A stretch of 64,000 bases of DNA from Ramazzottius varieornatus (taxonomy: Eukaryota > Animalia > Tardigrada): assembly GCA_001949185.1 (NCBI GenBank), contig BDGG01000021.1:299452-363451 (forward strand), given 5' to 3'. Positions 13,118 to 25,159 of this stretch are shown one piece after another. Within the stretch, counting starts at the first letter, position 1, and each line of letters begins with the position of its first letter. The translations under genes were made by a program, and so were the position numbers. Below the pieces are notes generated by a model, which saw nothing but the letters and a program-made list of their open reading frames with translations, searched no databases and had not been told where the DNA came from.

Positions 13118-14204
13118 TGTTGCATTCGGGTCACATCGTCTGTCAAGCAGCGTAGAGTAGTTCTTGATAATCCTAATTTGCCAGCGACGTTTGCCTTCTT
13201 CTTGCCGTCATACTTTTGATGCACCGTGCTGCGCCTAATTATAGACTCTCACTCACCATCATCGTAGCCGCCTAGCGCCTCGGGCAGTAGCACATCAAGA
13301 GCATATGTACCAAGGTCGTTCCATGCATCACAACAATCTCAACTATTTTCGATTCCCAATTTACAACACCGTTTCCGCAGGCCACAGGAAGAATAGTCTG
13401 CGCAGAAACTGCCGCAAGAACTCAATAGGCTAAAGACGCTAAACATTAAGGGATCACAAAGATAGGTTACAACGCTGGTGTAATTGCCTCCACCCACACC
13501 CTTAAGATTGGCCTATTCGTTACACCAGACATTACACTTTCGGTTTAATTACGAGTCGCTCCGGAACGACTCGTAATTACACCAGACTTAACCCACATCC
13601 CGAGTTCGCTGTGCTCCCCTCTAAACTGTCAAATGTCGCTTCCATGATGAAGTTTCTTGCTACTCGTCCTACTGGTGAGTGTATGGTGGTTTCTCCGACA
13701 TCAAAGATCTCATAATTCTCCGATCGTACTTACCTGCAGTGCGGGGCTTTCACAGCGAGCAGTTATACCGCTTTCCTAACTGGTCAAAAAAAATTTGTGG
13801 GCGTATCCACCAAAGTAGCTCCTGTAATTATACCACCAAGCCAGCTTGGTCTTTGTAAGCCCTTATTAAAGTTCCGTATAATTGCGATACGCATACGGAA
13901 GTACGGAACTCTCTTCACTGGCCTCAAATCCCCTTTTACTGCAGTGTGTCCTATTGATTGTTGATCAGTTACGTGGATTTCAGGGCCAATCAACAATCAG
14001 TCGATTGTGCTGCAGTCAAATGAGGGTTTGAGGGGTTTACTTTGCGGCTTTGCCCTCGTTGTATCCTTTCCTCATTTAATTATTTTTCTCTGATTATTTC
14101 CGGCGTAAAAAGGTCGATGGAGAGTTGTTTCCACTGCCTGCTGAACCCACACCTGCAAACTATTTTTTGTTTCGAAGGAGGTTGTCGAGAAGCTAGACAT
14201 CAGG

Positions 14205-17176
14205 ATGGGGAAGAAGGTGAAGGTTGGAAAGGCCCGAAAGGACAAGTTTTATCATTTGGCCAAAGAATCGGGTTATCGTTCGCGTGCTGCCTTCAAGCTC
14301 ATCCAGCTCAACCGCACCTACGAGTTCCTACAGCGTTCGCGAGTGCTGATCGACCTGTGCGCTGCGCCGGGAGGATGGCTTCAAGTGGCCAAGCAGTTCA
14401 TGCCCGTCTCCAGTATCATCTTGGGTTAGTTAGCCAACTTGATTTGACTGCCATATCATGCACCAATGTGGGCACTCGTTATCGTTCCGTTTGATCTGTA
14501 GGTGTCGATCTGGTGCCCATCAAAGCTATCCCCAATGTCATCACTCTACAAGAAGACATCACCACAGAACATTGTAAAGCCAAGATTCGCCATGAGCTGA
14601 AGACATGGAAGGCTGACGTAGTGCTGCACGACGGTGCTCCCAACGTGGGCAAGAACTGGCTGCACGATGCCTTTACCCAAGCTCGCTTAACCCTCTCAGC
14701 CTTCAAGTTGGCCACGGCCTTCCTGACCAAGAACGGCTGGTTTATCACAAAGATTTTCCGCTCTAAAGATTACCATGCCCTTCTGTGGGTCTTCCAGCAG
14801 TTCTTCAAGAAGGTAGGCGCCGTGGTCGATTGCGAAATATATGCCTACTTCCGGTGACGTCATGCGGCATCACTGTTTCTGTGTATATGGTGGGCCCTAG
14901 GGAACAAATTATCTGTTATCGTGTACGGGGTTGTCTGTTACGTTTTGTCCCTGGTAGCCAACCATGGTGTGTTATGGCTTTATTTTGGGTTTGATCAGTA
15001 ATCAGTAAGTATTGATAGTATCCTTGTTGCAGGTCGTAGCGACAAAGCCACCGGCTTCTCGTCATGAATCAGCGGAAATCTTCGTGGTGTGTTCGGGGTA
15101 CATTGCTCCGGACAAGATCGACGGGCGCTTGCTGGATGCCAAGCATGTCTTTGAGGATGTCGACGAGTCGATGGCTGAGGAGGACGCGACTAACGCGGAT
15201 GGGACGAGCAAGAAGCGGACGGCAGGAGCGGCCAAGCTAAACCTGCTGCTGCATCCAGAGAAGAAGAAAAAGTCGGCCGAAGGTTATGCCGAGGGCAAGG
15301 TGCTGTTGGGTGACAAGTTAGCGGCACGAGCCTACATCGAGGCCGAAGAGGACAAGTCCAAAGAGTTGTTGTCGCAGTGCCACCAGATTGTCATTGATGA
15401 GGAGGACAAGGGTATCGCCACCCATCCGGCCACGACGGACGAGCTGCGCCTGTGCTGCCAAGACATCAAAGTGCTGGGTAAACGCGAACTGCGCCTGCTG
15501 ATCAACTGGAGGAAGGACATTCGCAAAAGCCAGGAAGAAGCAGCTAGTAAGCCATTTCGTGAAATTGTCCATCAACCGTGGCGGATTAGCTGTATAGCCA
15601 TCAATGTGTGATTGTTGTAGAGAAAGAAAAGGCCAAGGAGGATGAGGGTCTGGTTAGTGTCAAGGCTGTGACGACGGAGGAGGAGATGGAAGCAGCCATC
15701 GCCAGGCAGATTGCCAAGGTGGAGGAGGACGAACGGTTGGAAGCAAGGCGCAAGCGCAAGAAGCTCAACAAGCTGCGCCGTCAACTGCAGGAGAAGATGA
15801 ACCTGAAGATGATTCTGCCCGGTGACACCTTGCTGGCTGAAGAAGAACAGAAGGTATACGTTAATGGCCTTCTCCAACTTTCGTCTAACCCTTCCTTGTG
15901 TCATCATGAGCTGAGGGGTTTGTCCTTGTTAGGAAGAACGACTCTTTTCGCTGGATAACATTAAGAGCAGTAAGAAGCTGGAGCAAGTGATGGCAGGAGA
16001 GAGGGATGCCGGCAAAAGCTTCGATGAAGAGGAGGAGGAGGAGATGGAAGGGGATGACAATCCGCTCTTAGTGGGTAGAGAAGGGCTTCTGAGCCGCAAA
16101 GCCCGCATGACGCGAGAATGGTTCGATAAGGACATCTTTGCCGGCCTGGACTTGAAGAAGAGCAAGCCCAAGAAGACGGAGGTCAAGGAAGAGGAAGACG
16201 AGTGGGAAAATGTCGGGGGAAGGGAGGATGATGATAGTGAGGACGAGGATGAGGTGATGGAGTTTGAAGTGGTCAGTGAGATGGCAAAAGAGACAGCGGC
16301 ACAGAATGGCCAGCGCATAAAGACGGAAGAGAGCCTGCAGGACAATGCCAAAGTCATGCTGGATGCTGAAGGCTTTGCTCTGGCCGAAGAACTCATCAAG
16401 TCCAAGAAACGACGGAGGGAAATGATCGAAGCCGGCTTCCATCGGTACGTCTTGTCCATAATGATCAAGGAAAGCTAGTAGACGAGGAGGAGTAATATGG
16501 GTTTCTCTTGACGAAAGACTAATCAAATTAGGCTTTCAATTTGAATAGATGGTGACCCAGAGAAATGGCTGACCCTGAAGAGAAAATATGGCATAATTGC
16601 CCTGAAGTGTGTGTTTACAGAGAAGCTTTCAACGAGACGGACGACATGTTGCCATCGTGGTTTGTGGATGACGAGAAGAAGCACTGTCGGCGCTCGCTGG
16701 TGGACAGTGGCCTGATCACTAAAGAGCAAGTGCGCGCTCACAAGGAGCAGCTGCGCGCCATCGACGCCCGTCCCATCAAGAAGATTGCTGAAGCCACAGC
16801 TCGAAAGAAGATTCGGGCCCTGAAGCGGCTGGAGAAGGCACGGAAGAAGGCCAGCAACCTGCTGAGCAACGACGCACCGGACCAGCTGTCAGCGCAGGAG
16901 AAGATGTCACAGCTAAAGTCCATCTATAAGAAGGCCGCTGCACCAGGCAAGGCCAAGTCCAAGGCGCCCGTCTTGGTTGTCTCCAAGAAGGGCGGTGGAA
17001 CAGCCAAAACTGAGCGACCAGCCAAGGGAACCCGCATCAAGGTGGTCGATCGACGAATGAAGAAGGACATGAAACGCACGAATTCAGCCGGTAAGGGAGG
17101 CAAAAAGACCAAGGGCAAGAAGAAAGCCGCCAAGAAGGCTTCTCGTCAGCAGTCCACCGGTCGAAAGAAACAATAA
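14205..17176 (+). CDS. FTSJ3: Pre-rRNA 2'-O-ribose methyltransferase FTSJ3/Spb1
   Basis: [74 protein letters not shown], Spb1 C-terminal [15 protein letters not shown] and [10 protein letters not shown]. Confidence 0.97.
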
Positions 17177-17431
17177 GCTTACTTTCCTCAACGGTTGCAC
17201 AGGATTTTGCTGCAACATAAGGCATAAACTTCCAATGTTACACACTGTGTATATCACCCGCCAGCGGGTTTTGTCGACATGGAAGAAAATGAGCAGTATA
17301 GAGCACCAAAACTGTTAGATACCTTCAAGTTAGCTCTAGACGCATGCTCCGATGAACAGGCGCAGCCTGTTGGTATCGTACGACTATAAAGGTGTACAAC
17401 AAGGAGGAAAAGGGAGTCAAGCTTATGAGCA

Positions 17432-19659
17432 TCAATTGAAGGCGTCGAAAGCGCGGTTGAAGGAGTCTCCGATGGCGTCAAATTTTTCAGCGGAGAAGGC
17501 CTTTTTGACCGGCGAGACTGGCTTGGCTGTTAGCGCCACATGGTTAGTCGCTTGATCGGTCGTCAGCGATGGGGCCGAAGGAAGTGGTAAAGGCAGCTTG
17601 GGTGCCACATAGGCGTCGGTGGAGGCAAGTTTGGGGGAAAGGAGGCTGATTACCTTTCTCGGATTAAAGAAGTTATCCGGTGGGGCAAACCCAAAGAGAG
17701 CCGTAGGGCTGACCAGCCCTCCTGCCTTTGCTGCCGAACCACCGACGATGGCCTTGTTACTGTCGACTGCAATGGCCGGAATGGGCCCTCCATCCATCCT
17801 CCCCCTCTACAAACCATCAAGGTCTTCAATGTACGCAGTTACCACAAACTTTCCATACACAGGGCATAGTTTTGTAGGACATAGTGCTGTAAATTAGACC
17901 TTCCAGTTCCTACAGCACTATACCTCGTCTTGTCCACTTTTGGGCGTGGTGGTTTCCATCCCCGGAAAGATACGAAACTCCTGGAAGAACCCCTGCGTCA
18001 TCCCGTCATTGTTGTCCACAAACCTGGTCTATCAAACAGAAAATGTAACAAAGGCCATAGAAACCAGTTATATACTCTGTCTCTCATGGACTGTAAAGTG
18101 CACTTCTCGCTGCATCATCCAAATGGTGCTAACGGTTCATAGGTATAGTGTTGTAGAATACATTTCATCCGACGGTCACGTGATGCCACTTGCGACTTGG
18201 CAATTTTAGGAGGCCACCTGACCCCCCGGATAGAATGCATCTTTTACACTGTGGTGTAGGACAAAGCTGATGTGCTCAAAGGTACCTGGTTGGTGACCAG
18301 GATGTGGTCACCGAGTGTCTGCACTTTGCCGGTTGTGTTAGCCTTGTCCGGCATGGGTGGACTACGCTGTTGCTGCTGAAGTTGCTGTTGCATTTGCCGC
18401 ATTTCCGCTTGCATGCGGAACATGTCGGCCATACCATCACCTTCGCCATCTCCCTCCATGCCACCCATCCGACCCATAAAGCCCATCCCGCCCATTCCTG
18501 CGGCCATGGGATCGCCGCCGCCCATCATTCGACCGGCCATGGGGGGTTCGCCAAACATGTCACTGCCGTAGCGTCTTCTTTCTTGATTCTCATACGGCGA
18601 CGCGTAACGATAAGGTGACTGGAAGGCGCCGCTGTTGCTGTAATCGTCAGGGGCTCCGCTGCGCATCATGGCCATAGCACCTCCTGGCCGGTACATGCCG
18701 CCACCCGGATAACCATACGGACTATTCATCATCATCCCCCCGTTATTTCGGCCATGTAAACCTGCAACATCACACGTGGCAATCGCCCATGTCCTCAACC
18801 TGTTGCCGTTAACGTCATCACCATAAATACTGCCTGCAGCCAACTTATGCTACTCTGTCATAAACAGCTCAAATGACCCGTGACCAGCACACACCGCAAG
18901 CTCAACAATATAACCACGAAAAGTTCTCTAGTTTGATATGCTGAAATAGACGGATGTTATTCATAGAAAAACCATGTTACAGGGAGGAACCCCTTTTATG
19001 TTGCATCTGCACTGGTCAATGATAAACATTTCTGTCCCTCCTCTGCAAGCTGCAAAAGGCTTCCTGCCTTCAAGTCCTTTCTAGATCGTCTCGATCTGCG
19101 GAGCTTCTCTTGGTGCGAAAAGAACATCGATGATTGTTTAAAGTAGTTGTTAAGTTTTAGATCTGACACTTTTTCTTTGGCTCTCTTGCCGTCCTTTCAT
19201 CTTGTGTCCAAGGCTGAGCTAATCTGCTGGCGATCATACACGAGTAAAGCATTTATTATTATTATTATTATTATGTTTTTACTAAATACTTGAGATCGTG
19301 AAGCGACATGGCCTTGTCGGATAATTCCACCGTTTGCTGGCTGTTAAACCTCTTCAACGGCGAAGCGACCGTGGATAACGGCGGGAGGTGGCCTTGTGGG
19401 GTTACTTACCAATAGGCAGCTGGGGTGAAGGTGGGTACATGGTGGGATAGTTGGTCATAGCAGTGGGCAGTCTAGCGGTGTCACCCAAGGCATTAGGGGC
19501 CATCCCCGAACGAGCTAGAGCACCGTTGAATGGCGAGTTGGGATCTCCGAAAGCTGGGTACATTCCGTCGCCCATCATCTGACCCAGGGCCATCGAGAAG
19601 CTACAAATGAGGACCAAGATCGGCCCTTCCATACTACGCAGTATCAGCAGGTTCCCCAT
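17432..19659 (-). CDS. Orphan secreted Gly/Met/Pro-rich low-complexity protein, ~4 exons
   Basis: Signal-peptide-like PILVLICSFSMALG-Q. Exons ~19408-19659, 18286-18760, 17924-18028, 17432-17806 join in frame through GT-AG introns. Gly/Met repeats (GMGGMGFMGRMGGM), a poly-Q stretch and an Ala/Pro-rich tail. Confidence 0.7.
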
Positions 19660-20538
19660 CACTGGCACATTTGCCGGGATAATCCCAGATTGATTCCCGG
19701 CCAAAGGCTACTATGTAGGCAGCAAGCTGTAAAAGCCAATGCGGAAGCTGTATTGTACGTAAAGATAAGATGCGGCCAAGAAGAAGAAATCTCGATGCGG
19801 AAGCTGAAGGACGGTGAGTGAAGATGGTCAGCTGAATCACCAAGCCAAGTATCATACAGTAACAGCCAAGGCCAAAAGAAGCCATACTGAATGTTATTTG
19901 TCGGCGCCGGAAAGATTGGTGTCATAGCAGGCTTGGGGGCAGATGTCATGGTCAAGCTTGAGTTGTACCGTGATGATAAAACGAAGCACCATCAGGCAGT
20001 TCCACGCAACTTCTAGCAAGTTATAAGTTTGGCAACATGAAATCTCTGACATCTTCAGTATACAGCAATAATTGGCCACCATCGACCCAATGACGCCTAC
20101 TCCAGTTGTGCATCTGCCGTATCATTCCATCTCTACTTTACACCTAACTACAAAACCCTCCAGCAAGTAGCCCTAATTATCCATAGCAGCCGCTGATTGT
20201 ACAACACCATGCCTTTTCCTCTGTACTATCAGCCCTTACTGTACAACATTGCTGTTCCATAAGGGCCCAGTTTCCAGCGAACTCTTTCAGATCGCCGACC
20301 ATCGGGAAACATAATGATTAAACAAATAATCATTACTGGGTTACTTGCTACCTGAGAAAAGAGAGCATACTCTTTGGTCCACCAACGAAGCAACTGAATA
20401 GTCGGTAGGAGCATAATGTTGGCTGATGAGCGTGAGCCAAGTCTCCCATTCAATGAAGTAGAGAATTTAGTACGGTATACTATAGCTGACTCACACATAG
20501 GCGGGAAGAGAAGAGAGCAAAGTGTGGAAGGCCGGAAA

Positions 20539-23500
20539 TTAAGGACGAGATCGCTTGGGAGGGGGCAGAGCGTGGCTGGCGTGACGAAGGTGAGGAGGGA
20601 TGATGGGCGGTGTCTGGTCGGTAATGTACTGGGAGAGCATTTCCGGTCGGTTACAGATGACGCCGGCGGCCTCGAAGGCCTCAACCTCCTCCCGCGAGAT
20701 GGCCACCTTTCCCGACTCGTACAGCAAGTGCGTGGCTCGCTTGACATACTGCAGCAGCGGCGGCCTACAAGCAAATGAGACCGTCATGTCATGGGCATGT
20801 TGGAAAGAGAGGGAGAGAGGCGTTCCGTACGTGTTGGGCAGGACGGTGGCGCCACCGGCTTTCAACATGCGGATGTAACCGTCGCCGCGGACAGCCTGCT
20901 CGGCCAGGACAATGACGGTCCAGCCCGTAAAGGCCGGTGGATGGCCTCGGGAGACGTGGAGACGCCAGCGGTGGGCCGCTTTGGCTAGCTTCATGTTGTT
21001 GTCGTCCAGGTCCAACAGCAAGTGGGCCGCCTTGTCCACGTTGCCCCACTCGTACTCTTCTTCCTACAAGCAAAAAGAGCCAGCCCTTGAAACGGACCTT
21101 CCAGCACTGCAGACTAGTGAGGGAACTTACGGGCAAATAATGGCCGGCTTTGGCCGAGTGGATTATGTAGGAGGGATGGAGGATGAAGCGGCCGGTGGCG
21201 CAGCAGCCGTAAAACTTTTCATTCTTGGCCGGTGCCTTGACCAGCAAGTGGGTGGCTTGTGGCTGCAGCTGGATGGTGTCGATGAAGCGACCACCCAGCT
21301 TGGTGATGGCATCAAAGATCTGCTGCTTCTCCCCATCAGCGGGGATACCCGACAGGATAAAGACCTTGTCCGCCGCCGCCTGCCCTTGCTCCACCTCCAC
21401 AATGTCAGCTGGGCGCTTCGGCCGGCTGACGGCTGGCCCTTCGACGGCATTAGCCACTCTCTTGCTGTTGAGCGGGCCTACGGCTGGCGCTTGACGGAGG
21501 AGGGGAACAATGGAGTTGGTGCTGGTCGGAGGTGGCTTGACCAGTGGCTGGCCATTGGCGGCGGCTGCTGCCACAACGACAGCCACTTCTGCCACTTCGT
21601 CCTCGCTGCCTTCTTCATACTCCTCCTCGCTTTGGCCTCCATCGTCCTTGAAGTCTCGGCCTCCTTCACCTGCCAGGAAGGGCTGCCTTCTGCAAAGTAC
21701 AAGCCACCACCATCAACGAACCAAAGGCACTGTGTGACATGACCTTGTATGTCACATAACATGACATGACAGGACTGATATGGTAGAGACTTACTCGTGC
21801 TGACTCCAGACGACTTGGCCCCGATCCTTCCTGCCGGGACTCTTCTTGCCCTTGTTGGAGGGGCGACGCGTTAGGCGGCCCATCTTGGGGCCAGCCTGCC
21901 CACTAATGGTCACTTTGGCCATCTGCAGTTGCTGGCGCAGTTGCGCCATCTCCTGTTGCACCCGTAGCTGTGCCACTTCCTTGGAGCCGGTGGGCGCCGT
22001 CTTGAACGTGTCGGCCACGGGGACAGCGCTGCTCGGAGAGTTGGCTGGACTGGATTTGGCACTGGTCGGCATGGCCCATGTGGGGCCACTGCGGTTGTTC
22101 TCCTGGCCCACCAACGCCATCACTCGCCGTGCCAACAGCAAGGACGAACACGGCGCTCCAGCAGACCCTTCCACTTTCTCCAACCTGCCACACAAAACAC
22201 TTCACACTTCATTTGTAGACTATCATCACGGTCACCAAGCAGGATTGCTCCTTTAGACTTCTGTCGCAATAGGCGACTTTTCAGCCTCTATTACAAAGAC
22301 AGTTTGTACAAAGCGCTGAGACTTGCGCTCTGACAGGAACTTACACTTCAGCTTTAACTTCTTCGGCTTCCACTCTAAGGCCTGCAACGCTGCTTGTTAT
22401 TGTTCCGGCTGCAACTACTACCGACGGCCGGGCTTGAGGTGAGGAGCGAAAAGGCTGAGGAGAGGGAGGAGGAAAAGCAGCCGAGCTGGAGAGGTCATTC
22501 TCATTAACCACTGATTGCACAGCGCCCTCATTCTTGGCAGGGTGGGCTACTGCTGCCTGCTTGGCTTGAGGACCAGAACTGTCTCCTGCCTCCTCTTCTT
22601 TCTTGGTCGGCACTGCTGCCGCCGCCGCCGCAGCACCGTCTTCCGTCTTGACTGGCTTGTCGATAGCGCTAATGTCCAACTCCACATCTAACCCTGCAAC
22701 GGCACTTATGGACATTACACGGCACACTGCCACCCAAACAGCAGGACGCTCTGCTACGTACGCTGAGCATTCTTGTGGGGTGTGGAAGTAGCACGAAGGC
22801 CGTTGGGCCCTTGGCGGACATGGTCGGGCGTCAGGGCGCGTTGGCTGGCGCTAGAGGCCGAACTGCCGCTGACGCGCTGATCAGCGGTCAGGTTGGCAGC
22901 GGCGCTTTTGGGGCCCGTCAGCAAGTACTTTCGATAGTCCAGACAGTATCCTACACAACAAGACAAGGCCTCACTGCACCAACTTAACTGCTCCTCTTTA
23001 TCTACAGCCATAAATTGTCAGCAGCATCACTAACCTTTGTCAACGGAATGGCGGACCCACTGCGAATGAACAATGGGAATTTTCCAGCTGGCGGCTGCCA
23101 CACACTTGTCGCCCACCAGCACGTCACAAATGAGATGGGTCACCGTGGCCTTGCTCAAATCCTTGTCGTAACGACCACCGTGCTCCTTCATCAAGGCTCT
23201 GATCTATACGGCACATAGAGAGAAAGATGGCTCAGTCAAGGTAGCAGGCAGGCAAACCACAGAAAGAAGACTCTACCAACCTGTGCTCGTTGTTCCTGGC
23301 TGAGCTGCGAGACGGAAACGAAGCAGCCGGCAAAGATAGGGGTGGCAAACTTGGCGCTGAGCTGTTGCAGATTGTCGGCATTGTCTTGACCCGCCTTGGC
23401 CAACTTGTAGACGGCCCCAACCCATGCCGGCATCATCACCCTCATGCCCGCTTCTGTTGCCGCCTGCCCTCAAACAACAAGTCATTAGTACTACACGCTT

Positions 23501-24381
23501 TCTCCAAGACCCGTAAAGTATGCCATTTTATGTCGGCCAGGAGCTAGGCCTTGAACAGCAACCTCAAGATGCAAAGGGTTTCTCTCCGGCCAACTAGTCA
23601 AATGGCAGTTGATAAGGATTTTTGGTCAGGAAGGTGGTGGGACTTACAAAGTACTTGACAGAGCCAACAACGGGGGTGATGAGGTGGGTGCAGCAAGCGG
23701 TCAAGGCCTTGTTGGTCGTGCCGGCCATCTCTTGCACCATCCTGTACACTTCCTCCTGCAACAAGCCAGCCAAGCGGCGTGGGTAGATTACAAAACTTAC
23801 CATTGGGAAGGCAGGCGGCAACTTACCCGTGCTTCGGCCATCATGTTGGAGCAGCAAACATTGACGCGTAACAAGGCAAAGCTGAAGATGGCACTGCCCA
23901 GGTGACGCGGTAGACTGAAGCCTTGACGGATGGAGGTCAGGACGCAGTTGGGCGAGTAGATGGGCACTTTGCTTTCCTTCAACACGTCGAAAGCGGCTCC
24001 CCCAAAGGGCCACATGACATAGACGCAACCCTGCGCTACGGCAAGGAGGCTGCCCTTGGTCAGCTGGCACTGCGCCGCCCAAAGAACCTCCTCCTCCTCT
24101 ATCCACTGCACCGTCGTGCTGCTCGACTGACCGCCGATAAACTGCAAGTCGCAACACAAGCACGGTTAGTGGATGCCCTACCACCTACTACGGTTGAGTG
24201 TTGACAGGGAAAGTGTCATTACCTCGAACAAGTCTTGCAGACTCTTTCGTTCCGCTTCCGACTGGCCTTTGCAACGCACAAGACGCATCTCCTGCACGCG
24301 CTGCGAGGCCACAGGCTCATCCCTTTCTCGTTGGCCGGCCTGAGCCTGCCATGTCGATGTTGGCGTACCACCTCGGGCCAT
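20539..24381 (-). CDS. TOPBP1: TopBP1/Mus101-like multi-BRCT scaffold (BRCT0-1-2, disordered linker, BRCT7-8)
   Basis: BRCT1 ...CCTHLITPVVGSVKYF...VMPAWV; BRCT2 PIFAGCFVSVSQL...THLIC...IVHSQWVRHSVDKGYCLD; BRCT7/8 VFILSG...ATHLLVKAPAKNEKFYGCCATGRFILHPSY...EEEYEWGN...AFTGWTVIV...RMLKAGGATV. Confidence 0.85.
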
Positions 24382-25159
24382 CTGAGAACGATCACCGCAA
24401 CCACTCTGCAACACCATGAAAAAGACGTAAATATCCCTCTTCTCATCAAGAAGCCTATCACCTTTTCACTATTGGAACAAAATCTCTTCTCGATTCTTCA
24501 GGCTTCTGCTTGCCTTTAGCGCTCAAATAAACCGCCCGGATCGAACCTCAAGATGTGCAGTCGACTTACCGCCCTTATATTGAGTGGAGTAGGAAAAGCT
24601 AGATGACTACGGTGTGGAGATTAGACATTGAGTGGAGTAACAGCAACGGTTGACTGCGATGCATCCATGGCTGCACTTCACCTCCGACTCGTCTGGATGG
24701 ATCCTTTCCTCTTCGGCCTTTACGTCCCCTTCTTTTGCAGTGTCCAGCGACGCAGGGGAATCTCCAGACGGGATAGTGGAACGCTGAGTGACGAGCTGCG
24801 AAGATGAACCAAACGACGAACACGATCAGGCAACCAATTAACCAAACACAAAGTCCAAATGAGAGTGCCAAAATTCGACAGGATTTCAGCGCTCAGAAGG
24901 CTAACAGCCCCCCTCCAGCGCAGGAGAAATAAAGGTCAGGGCCGCGGTGGCCGGCTGAATTCGATCGTCAACGCTGATTGCCTGATTGGGCAGGTGGTAC
25001 TTCCGGCCACCCCGTCACCCCCCGAAATATCCCCTGGGACGTCTTTGGCGATCTGCCAGTTGTGACTGTATTTGTTTGTGTTTCCCTCTTTGGATCCTTT
25101 TTCAACTTTTCATTCATCTCAAATCCATTGTAATAGCCTTGCACCTTGCAAGTTGAAAG

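Noticed and set aside
13727-13740. TACTTACCTG resembling the U1 snRNA 5' end
   Set aside because: No U1 stem-loops or Sm site follow. It is the reverse complement of a consensus donor CAGGTAAGT, probably a 5' UTR exon of minus-strand SPHK.
19254-19274. (ATT)n microsatellite
   Set aside because: Ordinary short intronic repeat.
20912-21742. Long antisense ORFs over TopBP1 and other genes
   Set aside because: Shadow ORFs of GC-rich coding exons.
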